A stretch of DNA of 64,000 nucleotides from Octopus sinensis (Eukaryota): NCBI RefSeq assembly GCF_006345805.1, contig NC_042998.1:88350001-88414000 (forward strand). The letters are read 5' to 3'. A model generated the notes under the pieces. That model made no database searches. It worked only from the letters and a program-made list of their open reading frames with translations, and was not told where the DNA came from. Positions within the stretch are counted from its first letter, which is position 1. Each line of letters opens with the position of its first letter. This document shows positions 14,961-33,610 of the stretch, in pieces. Made by a program: the position numbers and the translations under genes.

Positions 14961-15540
14961 TAGTAGAGAGTCACTGTCTCTCTACTTCTAGTAAAAATTT
15001 TAATAAACATGTATTCTGGTAAAATGAATTGAATAATTTTTCAGCTTAATACTAAACTATTTTTAAACATAATTAGGCACCAACACAAGCGTTAATGAAT
15101 GTGTGTGACTCTGTGTGTGTCTGTGTATGTGTGTGTGGTGTGTGTGTGTTGTGTGTGTGTGTGTGTGTGTTTATGTGTCTGTGTTTGTACTCCCACCATC
15201 GCTTAACAACCGATGTTGGTGTGTTCATGTCTCCGTAACTTAGTGGTTCGGTAAAAGAGACCGATAGAATAAGTACTAGGCTTACAAAGAATAGCACTGG
15301 GGTCGATTTGTTCGACTAAAGGCGGTGCTCCAGCATGACCGCAGTCAAATGGCTGTAATAAATAAAATAATAAAAGAATAGTAGAGAGTCACTGTCTCTC
15401 TACTTCTAGTAAAAATTTTAATAAACATGTATTCTGGTAAAATGAATTGAATAATTTTTCAGCTTAATACTAAACTATTTTTAAACATAATTAGGCACCA
15501 ACACAAGCGTTAATGAATGTGTGTGACTCTGTGTGTGTCT

Positions 15541-15555
<15 letters not shown>
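14751..15555. repeat. Apparently identical tandem duplication, period 418 bp
   Basis: 14751-15137 recurs at 15169-15555 with no differences seen by eye; both junctions lie in (TG)n tracts. Confidence 0.92.
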
Positions 15556-15628
<73 letters not shown>

Positions 15629-16054
15629 GTACATATGTACGCGCGTATATCTGTGAGGCGTTTGTGGAAAATATAAGGTGATGAAATGTTCCTTTTTTTT
15701 TCGTAAAGACATTTCAGCTTAGCTGTAAAAATTACACACCGTCGTTAAAAACAATGGTTTATTTTCTTTGTATTGCCAGAAAAAACATCTATTTGATTAG
15801 TTTCAACACCTACTGACGCCTCGTCAGAGTTTGCTAACTCTACGATTTAATCTGGGTTTTTTTTATCTACTTTGTACAGTGAGGCTAAATTATGCGTAGG
15901 TTTACGTTACACCTCTACATACCTACCTTTGTGTAGGTTTTCCTTAAATATATTAATTCCCTTTGTCAAAGCTTACTAATTTTACTCTTATGCAAACTAA
16001 ACCAATCTGCATTTCTACAAACTATCAACAGTTATAAGCTCAAAACCTGTCTCC

Positions 16055-16103
<49 letters not shown>

Positions 16104-16639
16104 TCTCTCTTTAAAAAGAAAGGATGACCCCTCTCTAATCAAGACCATCAACAAACGACGGTCTTGATTTTCTTGTTTTTCTTTATTTTTCTGCTTCTAC
16201 TGGCAGAATATATAGCCTAAGTTTACCAGGCATCTCTACGTATTCTACTGCATAACGTTTTTATTAATTTACATACATATATGTGGGTGAGCAGGCAGAG
16301 TATGTGTGTTAATTTATGTGATTCGATATACAGAACTTCTATTAATCGTATATGTATAGTGGAGGCGTATATGCGTGTAAATTTGTGTGAGATAAACAAA
16401 AATGAGTTAAGATCACGGTTTTACTCGGCCGAACGACCGCTCAGGTCAGGAGGTTTTAAAGTAATACTTTGACCCAAGATGATGAAAAGGGAGTCATTTT
16501 TGAAATACCGCAAAAAAAAAAAGACAAAATAAATTTTAAGAATATCAGCAATTCGGAATAAGTTCGTTCTTTATATTTAAGCTAAAGGTAAGATGAGTAA
16601 TGATGTTCGATAGCCTACGACCAACACTTTAGAGAGAAA

Positions 16640-16960
16640 CACTACATCATCCACTATCTTAAATGGTGGACTCTCGTGTTGTAGGCGACGGGTAAGAGTT
16701 CTTCAATTTCTTGCTGAACACCCTGCACAAAGGATTTGCTTGTAGTGATCAAATGTGTTGTACATTAGTTCAGTCCCTCCTTCACATTAACATTAACTGT
16801 ACAGGTGCAGAGTGCATCACACGTCAGTTGTCGACGTAATAGGGGAGCAACATGAAATGAAGTATTTTGCTCAAGACCACATTGCACCACCCAATCCAGG
16901 AATCGAAACTATGATCTCATAACTGTGAGGGTAACACCCTAACCATTAGTTCACACGCCC
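16640..16960 (-). mobile_element. tRNA-derived SINE, family C
   Basis: Reverse complement has a tRNA-like head (taatggttagggtgttacc...gtttcgattcctgg) then cttgagcaaaatacttcatttcatgttgctcc. Confidence 0.65.
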
Positions 16961-17472
16961 TCGAAAGTATAAAGCGTAAAATACCGAATCCCGAGTACAT
17001 GAAAAAAAAAGGAAAACACGAAATAATTTCTCCTTGCCGACACATAGCCAAATACATCTATGAATATTTCAAGAACTCACTCCATTTATATCAAAGGCAA
17101 CATCCGTCGGTCTACAGTTTACTTTCATCCAATAAATTTCCAGCCTGTTAACGTATGCCATCAACTGACCATCCGAACGTATACATCGTCTATGATTATG
17201 CAATACCCAAATATCTCGCACAAATTAACATGTACAAGACGGTGCACGTCCCATATGAAGTTATATTAAGCACGTTTATGATCTTGCATCCTATGAACAA
17301 AATCTCCGTGTGTGTGTGCGCGCGCGCGTGTGTATGCATGTATGTAAATGTATATATCTATATATAAATATATATATATACACATATATGCATAAATGTA
17401 TGTATGAATTTGTGTGCGTATATATGAATGTGTTATGTGTGTGTGGGGGGTGGGTGCAGAAAGAGAAAGAGA

Positions 17473-17539
17473 GATGAAGGAAGTTTTCCGGGTGCATGCT
17501 ATATTACATATAGCTTGCATCCGGAAAACTTCCTTCATC
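17473..17539. other. 67-nt near-perfect hairpin (32-bp stem, 3-nt loop)
   Basis: gatgaaggaagttttccgggtgcatgctatat / tac / atatagcttgcatccggaaaacttccttcatc: 30 Watson-Crick pairs, one G:U and one U-U mismatch. Confidence 0.9.
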
Positions 17540-17673
17540 AGTTGTCAACTGAGGATCATAACAATTTTGCTACCTTCCAATAGTATCACTCCCTCCACCT
17601 TTGGCTAGTGAAATAGAGTTACACGTGTAAAGTTTCTTGGATATATAAGCAATATGTGTGTGTGAACATATGC

Positions 17674-17708
<35 letters not shown>

Positions 17709-18439
17709 CTTCTGTTCATTTCAATCTCTTGCTACTCCGAGTTTAGATGCAGAGAATCTTCAAACATGCTTGAAGATATGAGTCTCACGTCTAGGTGAGA
17801 CTCAGATTAAGAAGAGACTGACTCGACCAAAATAAAATGTATTATTAACCTCTACTATAGTACCGAGTACTCTTTTTATCCGACAGCTAACACAAAACGG
17901 AGATACGTATGTATATACACATATATACATACATAAATATATATACATAAATCATAGGTGTATGTATGTGTGTGTATGTGTGTGTATGTGTGTGTGTGTG
18001 CGTGTGTGTATAGTAATGTGTATTTGAAAAATACCTAAGCAAAAAATAAAACAAACATATTCTACATAGAATACTATGCTTCTATAATATAGTCTACCCT
18101 CTATTTGTCTGTATGTGTGGGTGAGTACGTCAGTAATTGTGTGGGTGAGTAGAACTCAAATAACATCCTACACTCAGCTAAGAGCTTTCGCTGCTATCCC
18201 TCTGCTTTATGTGCCTGTGTAGCGCACAAGCTTTTAACCTTCCACAGGCTTCCATGTTTATTGTTTGCTTTATCTATTCTCAATATCCTTGACCAAATTT
18301 ACATAACAGAATTTCTGTTAATCAATGGTCGTCTGTAGAATACACCATCATCTCTTCCATCCATAGCGTTCTTTTAGTGTTCCTGATTATTATTCATTTC
18401 CCACTGTTTTGTTTCTTTTCATGTCGTTCTCAAAATCAC

Positions 18440-21780
<3,341 letters not shown>

Positions 21781-22034
21781 TTACGTGGACACAGTTATAT
21801 TTCTATGGTTACTTACAACTTGCAAGATTTTTCATCTAGAGATCAGCACGGCTGTATCCAGATTCTTCAGAGTATGAAAGTAAAAAAAAATGAATGTTGT
21901 GTGGATTGTATTGTACTACGTGGGCACACATACACGCACATGCACACACACAATTACACCCAAATATATTTGCATGTGTGTTTATAATTTACATGCTTAC
22001 ATACACACAGTCACATACATCAGACATAGCCATG

Positions 22035-22248
22035 CTTGTTGTTGTTGTTGTTATTGTTGTTAAGCAACAAGACGGGTAAGGGTAATTTGGTGATGGCCCT
22101 GGGCTTAGGGGCGGGGGACCCCAGACCTTGGAAAAAAACTTTGGTCGTCTTGTTGTATTCGAGGGCTCTTCGTTGACGCCTGACACCACTGGAAGGTGGC
22201 CCTCGAAGTCGCTGGAAATGGAGCTCCAGGTCCAAATTCTTGAACGGC
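22035..22248 (-). mobile_element. 214-bp GC-rich retroposed insertion with (CAA)n-like tail and 8-bp TSD
   Basis: tagccatg occurs at 22027-22034 and 22249-22256. The minus strand ends ...cttaacaacaataacaacaacaacaacaag next to the left copy. Confidence 0.6.
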
Positions 22249-22284
22249 TAGCCATGTTTGTGTATGTTTGTGCATGTGTGTGTA

Positions 22285-22341
<57 letters not shown>

Positions 22342-22777
22342 ATGCATGTATAAACATACACACATGACAGAATTAACAGTTGCTTAGTTTACATGTTTGT
22401 ATGTACACAAACGTAAACATACATACACATGCAACTATATATATACACACAAATATACACACACATGCGTAAATAGTACATCAGTGTCTCATTCAAACCT
22501 CTTAGTCTTCTATTATAAGTCCTTACACGTCTAAAATACCTTATAGAAATACAAGTGTAGTACCTGTCAAAAATGACGGTGTTCATTTTCTTTCAAGCTT
22601 TACTGCATTTTCAACTTGTTTCTTCATTTGTTTTCTTTCAGTTATTCTTGATGATTTCACCTCATGTCATTGTCCTTCCTTATTTTCATTGACTCATTCA
22701 CGTACTTCTTTATTCTTCATTTCCCCAGAATCTATCTTCCTAGCTACTAGCTCCATTACTCTTTTCCTTTTTCTATC

Positions 22778-22868
<91 letters not shown>

Positions 22869-23850
22869 GTGCATGCATACATGTATGTATGTATTTTGTC
22901 TGTGTGTGAGTATGCATATATATATATATTTATTTATGTATATGCGTGCTTGTGTGTTGCATATGCTCATATATATATATATATATACATATAAGTGTAA
23001 GTGTGTGTATACATGCATGTATGTATGTATGTGTATAATTATTTCTGTACTTTTCTTACTCTTCATAACGTCTCTTTCCAACTCTTTCATTTTCACTTTC
23101 ACTTTTTCTTGCTCAATTTTACTCTCTATGTCACCGAGGAAGTTCATTAAGTTGGTGAGGTTTTATGTTTGTTTCATTTGCTTTGTAAGAATGAATCTTA
23201 CATCTGTTGTGAAGCAGTTTTTCTTTTTTCAAAATGCACAAAAGGTGCTTTATTTTGATTAATTTAACTTACTCGGTAAAAAATATTTCCATGTTAATGA
23301 GTTCGTCCAACTTTGTACAATTCTGAATTGCGTTTCCTTTTCCATGAACATTCATGTTTTATGCATAACTTTGTGTACAATTTCCTAGTAGTATAAATGT
23401 AATTAACCATGAGCTACACCGATGAGATAGAACTATATCTACAGACAGTAGAATCAAGGAGCAAAAATACGGCATACTTTTCACAAAATTTAGATTGCGT
23501 CTCTGTCTTAGGTCGAAAATTGACGTAGAAAATATAATCTAGAAACTTAGAGAGAAAAATCTTTTTTATAAATTCAATAAAGAATATTGCACTTTAGAAC
23601 TTAATTAGATTCGAACCATCAGTCTCTATTCTACATTGAACAATAAATAATTACCTCTACAACCAAAAGAAAATAGAAATTATTCTAAACTATTCTACTG
23701 GATGAAACTGTAAAAGGACATAAGAAATCACGTGAATGATAGAGAAATATTCTTTATTTGTACATAACTATCTATCTAACAATCTCAACGCCCCAAAATC
23801 CTCAAGAGCTATGTCACACAAACTATTTTGAATATTTTATTCTCTCTCTT

Positions 23851-23895
<45 letters not shown>

Positions 23896-24789
23896 TTTTA
23901 TCTATCTTCCTCCCATACATACACACATTTTTTCATCTCACTCGTTTGTTCGGTCTTTTCATAGACAAAATTATCGCGATTCTCGTTATTATCCGACACG
24001 ACCCTCCTTTGCCAACTCACAACTTGTTGATTGTTTTCCGTGCGAGAATATTCCTCAACATGAAAATAAACGGAACCCAGACAGATAAATTGACGTCGCT
24101 TTCATCTAAAATATAAAGGGAAAAAAGAAGAAAAAGATATGACAGAAAGGGCTATATTTACTTTCTTTATCTCTCCTTTTCTTCCATTCTTTCTTATTTC
24201 TCTTTCTGTATATTTTCATCCATTCTTTTTCTTTATTCATTTGCCAAGCTTTCTTTTTATCTCTGATATAAATATGGGTGTGAGTGTTATGTTCATCCAT
24301 CCACTCATCTATGCACACATAGATTGCACTCATCTATGCACACATAGCTTGCATATGAGACGTTTCCATCATCAGCTCTCAACTAAGGATTTCGATCCTT
24401 TCCGACAGTAATTTTCTCTCTAGAGATACTGACAGACTTAATGCTACGTTGCAATTCATGGGTTCTTTAGGCTTACACAATAGCAAGCTTTTTAAAATTT
24501 TGCCTTTGCAGCCACGACACTAAACTATGCGAAGTTGTAACCACGACAATCATTCAACAACTATTTTGTTTTACTCTTTTTTTTTGCCATTGAGTATTTG
24601 CCATTTCCTTGCAGTTTTGACCCTTCTACCATGGATATGGCGTCTGTCATATCCATGCTGAAACATTATCATCGGAACAGAAGCTATATATTGTTGCTGC
24701 AAGTTCTGGCAGTAAGAAAGTCATCCTTTGTAGTGTTTGTCACTATAACCAAATCTTAAGACGGCGAGCAAATAGAATCTTTACCATGC

Positions 24790-24970
24790 CAGGCAAAATC
24801 TTTACCAGCTTTCCGTCAGTCTCTACATTCTGACTTCAAATTCTGCCGGTATCGACTTTACCTTCAACCTTTAGGAGTCGATAAATAAGTACCAGTTGAG
24901 CACTGTGGTCGATGCAATCGACTTATCTTCCGCCTTCCCCGAAATTGCTGGCCTTGTGCCATAATTTGAA
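24790..24970 (+). mobile_element. SINE family A, aatttgaaacc-tailed subfamily, 5'-decayed
   Basis: ttcaaattctgccgg...gactttaccttcaacctttaggagtcgataaataagtaccagttgagcactgtggtcgatgcaatcgactt...gctggccttgtgccataatttgaaacc; matches 52074-52294 and 28690-28840. Confidence 0.8.
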
Positions 24971-25489
24971 ACCAATATAACCGCATCTTTAGTATTTTTG
25001 TCCGATACAATAAAACAGCAATACAGCAACAATAAAATTCCTACCGTTTTCCATAAGGAGTGTGAGAGAACAACAATAGACCATAAACGAAGGAAATCTG
25101 AGCCCCATTTTTTGAATGGCGCTACTGATTGTAAGGTATCGTTAGATTTGAAGGAAACACTCATATTCCCAAGCCATGTTTCTACTATGATGCATCGTTT
25201 TGATCTATCTGTTTTGTCTGTCATGCCAAAAATATACTTTAATTACACTTCCTCCTTCTAAAGTATGTTAAATTTCTCTGATTACAACATCTCACCTTCT
25301 TTTGTTACTTTGACTTGGTATGTATTTGTCCGTATCATCCCATTCCAGACCTTATTTACTGCACCATACCAATTTTGTCATTCGCTTTCAGAATAGTCTT
25401 CGCCGTTTCAATAGCTTTTCTCACACCCTGTTTCCTTCTTTTCAACTCCCTTGTTTGAGTTGCTCGAACAAATGGAATCCTGCCTGCGA

Positions 25490-26330
25490 GACGCCAAGCA
25501 CCATTTTTGGCAGCAGATTTTTGCTATTTAACACTTTTAAGATGTGGGATATAAATTTCAAAATTTTGGTAAAGATGAAGACTGGTAGTTTTCAATTTGA
25601 GAACCCCTGCATTAAGATCATATTGCATCTTCTTTTGTTTTATTTTTTCATCTTCCTCTTTATAGTGTTCTTACAAGGTAAGTGAGGTTCACCACTTTCC
25701 TTTGTCCTTCATGTAGTTGTAATTACATGAAATGTTAGGTCAGATTTTCAGTTAACATTCGGATATTATCATCTAGCTGTTGTATGTTTTTTGCCATGGG
25801 ATCTATACTTGACAATCTTGCTCATCCTGATATACATTTTACAGCTGGCGATTTTCATAACTGAGCGCAGATGTTTTATCATGGAGGTATACAATTTCTT
25901 CACCTGGCTCCTATACATTGCTTTTGTTTAGGTACCATGCAAAAGAGTAGATATGACGACTACTCCGCAGACATTGCACTTCATTCTTATGGTAACATGA
26001 TCATTACTCCAACGTTTAAGTCGTACGGCTGTCATACTTACGCTTTATCATCCTGCTTTGAAGCTCAGCATCAATACGGCTGACCGTCGATATTGAATCC
26101 CATGACACATAAACTCTTGTACAGCTTGCAAATTTTTACCATTGACTTTGATTCTTTCTTGGTGTTTCGACACAAAGAATGGCTGAGATAGAGCTTCTAT
26201 TTTGATATTTAACCATAATTCATAGTCCATGAAAGCGATGCCAAAAGGATGGTGATGAATTAAAGATGTGTATAGTCGTGATTGCTCGTGTGAAACAAGC
26301 AGAAAGGATGAGAAATTAGTCGACTGCATA
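25490..26330 (-). pseudogene. Decayed RTE-like LINE, C-terminal RT/thumb region
   Basis: Minus-strand pieces in order: IKVNGKNLQAVQEF (cf. I.VNG..LE.V..F.YLG), DAELQSRM, VVISTLLHG, YRSQVKKL, and a W-R motif near 25500. Many stops and frameshifts. Confidence 0.6.
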
Positions 26331-28689
26331 GTGTGACTTAACTATGTACACTCGTTAAATAAAGTTAAAATATGTAAAACCACAGCAACGAGTTTAGTAT
26401 ATGATGTAATATTGTATAAATCGTGAGAGTGAAACCCAGTATTATGACTTTATTTCATTCATAATCAGCAGCATTGCTGTCGCTCACAAGCAAATATGAC
26501 CTGGTAACATGTACCACGCTTTCTTTAATTTTTGTAGACGTTTATGTAGCCACGAGCACATATAGATATCTTGTTGTCCCTAGGGTATGACAGCTAGAGG
26601 GAGAGAAGGCTGGCATTCTGCTAGTACTCATAATAACAGAGTAAAAAGAAGCAACGTGCTTCTTTTTTTCATTATTTTGGTGGAGGGGGCTCAAGGGCAA
26701 AATGCGTCACTAGACTTGAACCTATGAGCTTATATTCATAAATCCTTTACACGGCTGCATTCTACATCTATCTAATCTGGTCATTGCATCAACTTTCACT
26801 TTTCCTATCACATTTAGTGTAAGTTAATACTTCCATGGACCCTACAAAACATTTTTTTGTTTTATCGATGTTGTTGTGTAGCCTCTAGTTAATCTTCTTA
26901 GAGCAGATATAGGCTACTAAACTAGTTACCCGAACTAGTAGGTACTATTTACACTCCCATTGTTTCTATATTGTCTTTAATCGTTCGATCAGCGTTCTTT
27001 GTATCTTAGAAAAACATGGAATACCCTTGAAAATAGTGGGAGAATTGTATGACTAACGATTATTTTTGTTAGCTATACAGCTTTGAGTTCAAGTTGCAAC
27101 GTGATCCTCAACAAAGCAATAGGTAACCGTTCCATTTTCAGACCATAATTACATGCGGTAAAGTGATTCGGACCGTTTTGTCGAGGTTCTGATTACGAAC
27201 TTCTCGTGTTAAAATTGTCATACGCAATTACAAGCCCCGAGAAGTAACAGTAAGGCCTTAGTGACATGAGTCCCCAATCCGGGTTCGATTCTCCGTTACA
27301 TATATTTTCTTTAGATATCTTTCTAATACTTTTGTGCTGTCGTCTATTCCTCTGAAAAGTCTGATCTATTAGAACCGCTTCTCAACTATACGGAGCAGCT
27401 AGTTGTTCATAAATTGCAGTATTTATTTTTGGCCTGGTGGACTATGTTATTTTGGAACTAGGTCACCTTGCCATCAACACATGAAACTCTGATCTGTGAG
27501 GCGGTTATATTCTGTTTACTCCCATCGCCATTTTTCTATTAAACAAATACATCGTTTCATTTAGTAAACCACAAGGTGTGTACATTTATAGGAGGTACAG
27601 GGCGGATATTGTGGTGTTCATATCTTTCCACAGAAACACACGCATCTGACATTTATCCATGAATAAAATTAATGAACAGAAAATCACTTATTGTTTAATT
27701 ATAACATATTAAAATGTGATCATTCAGCAGTGTTGGTAGATGACAAAAATATCAGAGATTCCGGGTAAAATTTGTTCCAGTATTTAGTTCTATCTCTTTA
27801 TATTTTCAGTTAAAATGCAATTAAGGTCACCTTTTGCTTCTTTACCGCCCCCGCTTTATCTTGCGTTCAATAAAAAAAATATATGAATGATATAGTGGAT
27901 CGTATTCGATTAACTCTACTCTTCTTTTATATATGTTTGACCTTGAGAAATCAATAGGGGAGTTTAAATTGCAAGATCGGGAATAAATGAGATGCTGTAT
28001 TATATTCACCGTTTGATAGATGACACGCTTAAAGATTCGCTTTCTTTTACATTTTTTTTTTCACTAAGATTAGAAACTACGGATATGAATTGTAGAATTA
28101 GAATTTACAATTGATTTATTGCGTTGACACAAAATCACAAATATGAGGCGGTCGCCCCCACCACAAACCTGTTACTCTTATTCTTATTTATCGACCTTGA
28201 AAGAATGAGAAGTAAAGTCGATCTTATAGGGATCTAAACTCAGGAAGTAATAAAACTAAACTCAGTACTGCTATACATTTAGAGAGCATTCGAAACTTCA
28301 CCTTCGATTCACTAATATTCCTTTACAAGCAAAGTAAATTCTACCCGCGCACATTCGTATTTACTCACACATTCTTAAATCTTCAGTTTAAACTCAAATG
28401 ATGTAAAATTCTTGTGTTGCAGACGCATTGACGTAAGTGAACAAAATGCTTCATGGTCGAACTATGTCATGCAAAAATAATCTTCTTTTGGTTTCGGAAA
28501 AAAAAGCTTTGTTTTTTAGAAAAAATTATAACAATCAAATCACTCTATCAGATTACTAGTTTTAATTAACCCCCAAATTTGTATGATAGATAAAAATTCT
28601 GTTTCGACTAGATTTAAACTCGTGACAGAGAGATACTGCATTTGTAGGATGTGTTGAAATTTGGCCAAAACATTACTTTGCTACCAAAT

Positions 28690-28840
28690 ACCTTAGCGGC
28701 ATATCCTTCGTCTTTACGTTATACGTTCAAATTCCGCCGAGTTCAACTTTGCCTTTCATTCTTTCAGGGTCGATAAAGCACTAGATTGGCCTAATCCACT
28801 TGCCGCCTCGAAATTGTTGGCCTTGTGCTAAAAGTTTAAA
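28690..28840 (+). mobile_element. SINE family A
   Basis: ccttagcggcatatccttcgtctttacgttatacgttcaaattccgccgagttcaactttgcctttcattctttcagggtcgataa...ggccttgtgctaaaagtttaaac. Confidence 0.75.
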
Positions 28841-29202
28841 CTAATATTTAGTATTGAATGAATTTATTTAAAACTTAATGAAAATTATAGTGATAACATT
28901 TTCCATCTCATGTTAAGAAATAGATCACCTAACGAAGGAAGGTAAAAACAATCTCCGTCAAACCTTACGAAACCATCATTAAGTAAGACACTTCTTGTAG
29001 ATCAGGAAAAGATGAGATGGTATCATCTGCAATGTCTGTAATCATAGATTTGTTTGATCAGGTACATCTGCGACTAAATAACAACAAACCCAGTAATTTA
29101 TCCTCTTTAGGGTCTTTTGGGTTCAACTGGTGGAAAGGGCGTATTTACCTATATATATAGTTCATATTTACGGTACAAATTACCTATGATTTTATCAATG
29201 TA

Positions 29203-31727
<2,525 letters not shown>

Positions 31728-32199
31728 TACTTTTCCATAAGCGAAACGAATTGGCTTTTATCGGAAGAAAAAATTGGGTCGTGAACTTTATTAACTGGTT
31801 GCTTACCTCTTGTTTATTGACACCCAATGTAAAGTCTTTGATATTAGCTTTCATTCGTTATATATAGGAGTAGGTCTAAGTTGTTAAGCAGATTGGAAAA
31901 ATATATGCGATCACTTCCAATATAGTATTAGAATATATTTCGCTAATCTCGGAGGGAAGATAGCTACAATTAACATGTTTCAAAATAAAAAAGTTGTAAT
32001 GTGTTTAAACTTTTTTTAATTTTTCAAATGTTATCAGCAACATGGATTAATTTTTAACTGTCTTGAACAGCCTCATTAAGATGGAGCTTTTTCCGGTTTC
32101 TGGTGTGTATAAGCAACTAAAAGTACAAAATCCTTGCACCTGCACAAGAGTCCAGTACATCGTAAAGTTGATTAATTCTACAAATCCCACCCCCAGAAA

Positions 32200-32360
32200 C
32201 TGCTGGTGCTCATTTCAGCTAAGTAGACTGGAGAAACATGAAATGAAATCCAAGCTTAAGGAAAAACGTACAACCAGGTCTGAGATTCGAATCCGTGACT
32301 TTACGATCGTGAGCCCAGCACCCCTAATGATTAGAACACATGCTTACATATTAGCTGCGT
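32200..32360 (-). mobile_element. SINE family C
   Basis: ctgctggtgctcatttcagctaagtagactggagaaacatgaaatgaaatccaagcttaagg...gagattcgaatccgtgactttacgatcgtgagccc; same family as 16640-16960. Confidence 0.6.
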
Positions 32361-32758
32361 AACTGAAGTGAAACAGCTTTAAATGAGATTTGAAATGAGG
32401 TCTTAGGATCAGCTACACAGTAGCACACCTTTGATGCTAAGACAATAAATTCTGCCTTGCAAATAAATAAGAATCATAGAAGAAAAGGAAATGGGTTACA
32501 TGGCGTGAATGGCTCTCCCAAATCACATTGGCGGTGCAAAATGAAGTATATCGAATGTGTTTAAACAAGGAATGATAGTCAAGCCATACACATGACTCGT
32601 TGTCAGTAACTTGTCTCTTTATTGAGAGGATTCAGTCATGAAATCAAGTTCAAAGATTGTTAGCAAAGAAAAAATTATCATTTGTAGTAGACATGCGTTT
32701 CCACGGGCTATCTTTCTCTCCAGTCTACGGTAATCGTATGTAACATACAAATAGAAAA

Positions 32759-32797
<39 letters not shown>

Positions 32798-32822
32798 AAC
32801 AAAAATAATAATGATGATTGTT

Positions 32823-33144
32823 CATTATTTACATTATTTACATTATTTACATTTGACAGATATTTGTCCTCATCTTGTTTGTTGTTAACACAACGTTTCG
32901 GCTGTGTTCTCATTCCTAAGGTATTTTTCGATGTTGTTGTTATTATTATTATTATTATATTATTATTATTATTATATTATTATTATTATTATTGTTCAGG
33001 TCACTGCTTGGAATCGAACTCGGGATCTTGGGGTTTGTAGCCCGCACTCTTAACTACTATGCCATATGCTTATGGGCATAGTGGTTAATACCGCGGGCTA
33101 CTAACCCCAAGATCCTGAGTTCGATTCCAAGCAGTGACCTGAAC

Positions 33145-33202
<58 letters not shown>

Positions 33203-33264
33203 TCGAAAAATACCTTAGGAATGAGAAGCCAGATTCTAAATTTCCCCGAAGACAATAGAACTGT
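32823..33264. mobile_element. Head-to-head palindromic tRNA-headed element with Penelope-like tail and 12-bp TSD
   Basis: Arms 32907-33066 and 33074-33227 are inverted copies. Each has a tRNA-like head (ggcatagtggttaa...gagttcgattcc), (AAT)n and catcgaaaaataccttaggaatgagaa. atgatgattgtt flanks the unit at 32811-32822 and 33265-33276. Confidence 0.8.
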
Positions 33265-33479
33265 ATGATGATTGTTACTGTTATCATCATCTACATCATG
33301 ATAACCATTGTCAGTAATTCCAGTACTTGACTGAAGCTATATTTTATGGGCCCCGGAAGATTGACTTTTTTGCTATTCATCTCTCTGTGGACATCTATGT
33401 CATGTCTCAACTCCTTCGCGAAGCTTAGAGACGCAACACTTTCCTCAGTACATGTATTGTTCCGTGTATGAATACCAGG

Positions 33480-33610
33480 CTTGACTTTACCTTTCATCAT
33501 TTCGGAATTGATAAAAAAAGTATCAACTATGCACTGCGATGATGCAATCGACTGTCCCCATCCCCTATAAAATTTCAGGCCCTGTGCCTATAGTAGAAAG
33601 GATTATTATT
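33480..33610 (+). mobile_element. SINE family A 3' half, (TTA)n-tailed
   Basis: gactttacctttcatcatttcggaattgataaaa...gatgcaatcgactg...aaatttcaggccctgtgcctatagtagaaaggattattatt. Confidence 0.75.

Noticed and set aside
33000-33145. tRNA genes (Ser-ACT-like and Cys-ACA-like)
   Set aside because: The acceptor stems are incomplete, the two copies differ at the anticodon position, and both run into a shared repeat body. They are SINE-type heads.
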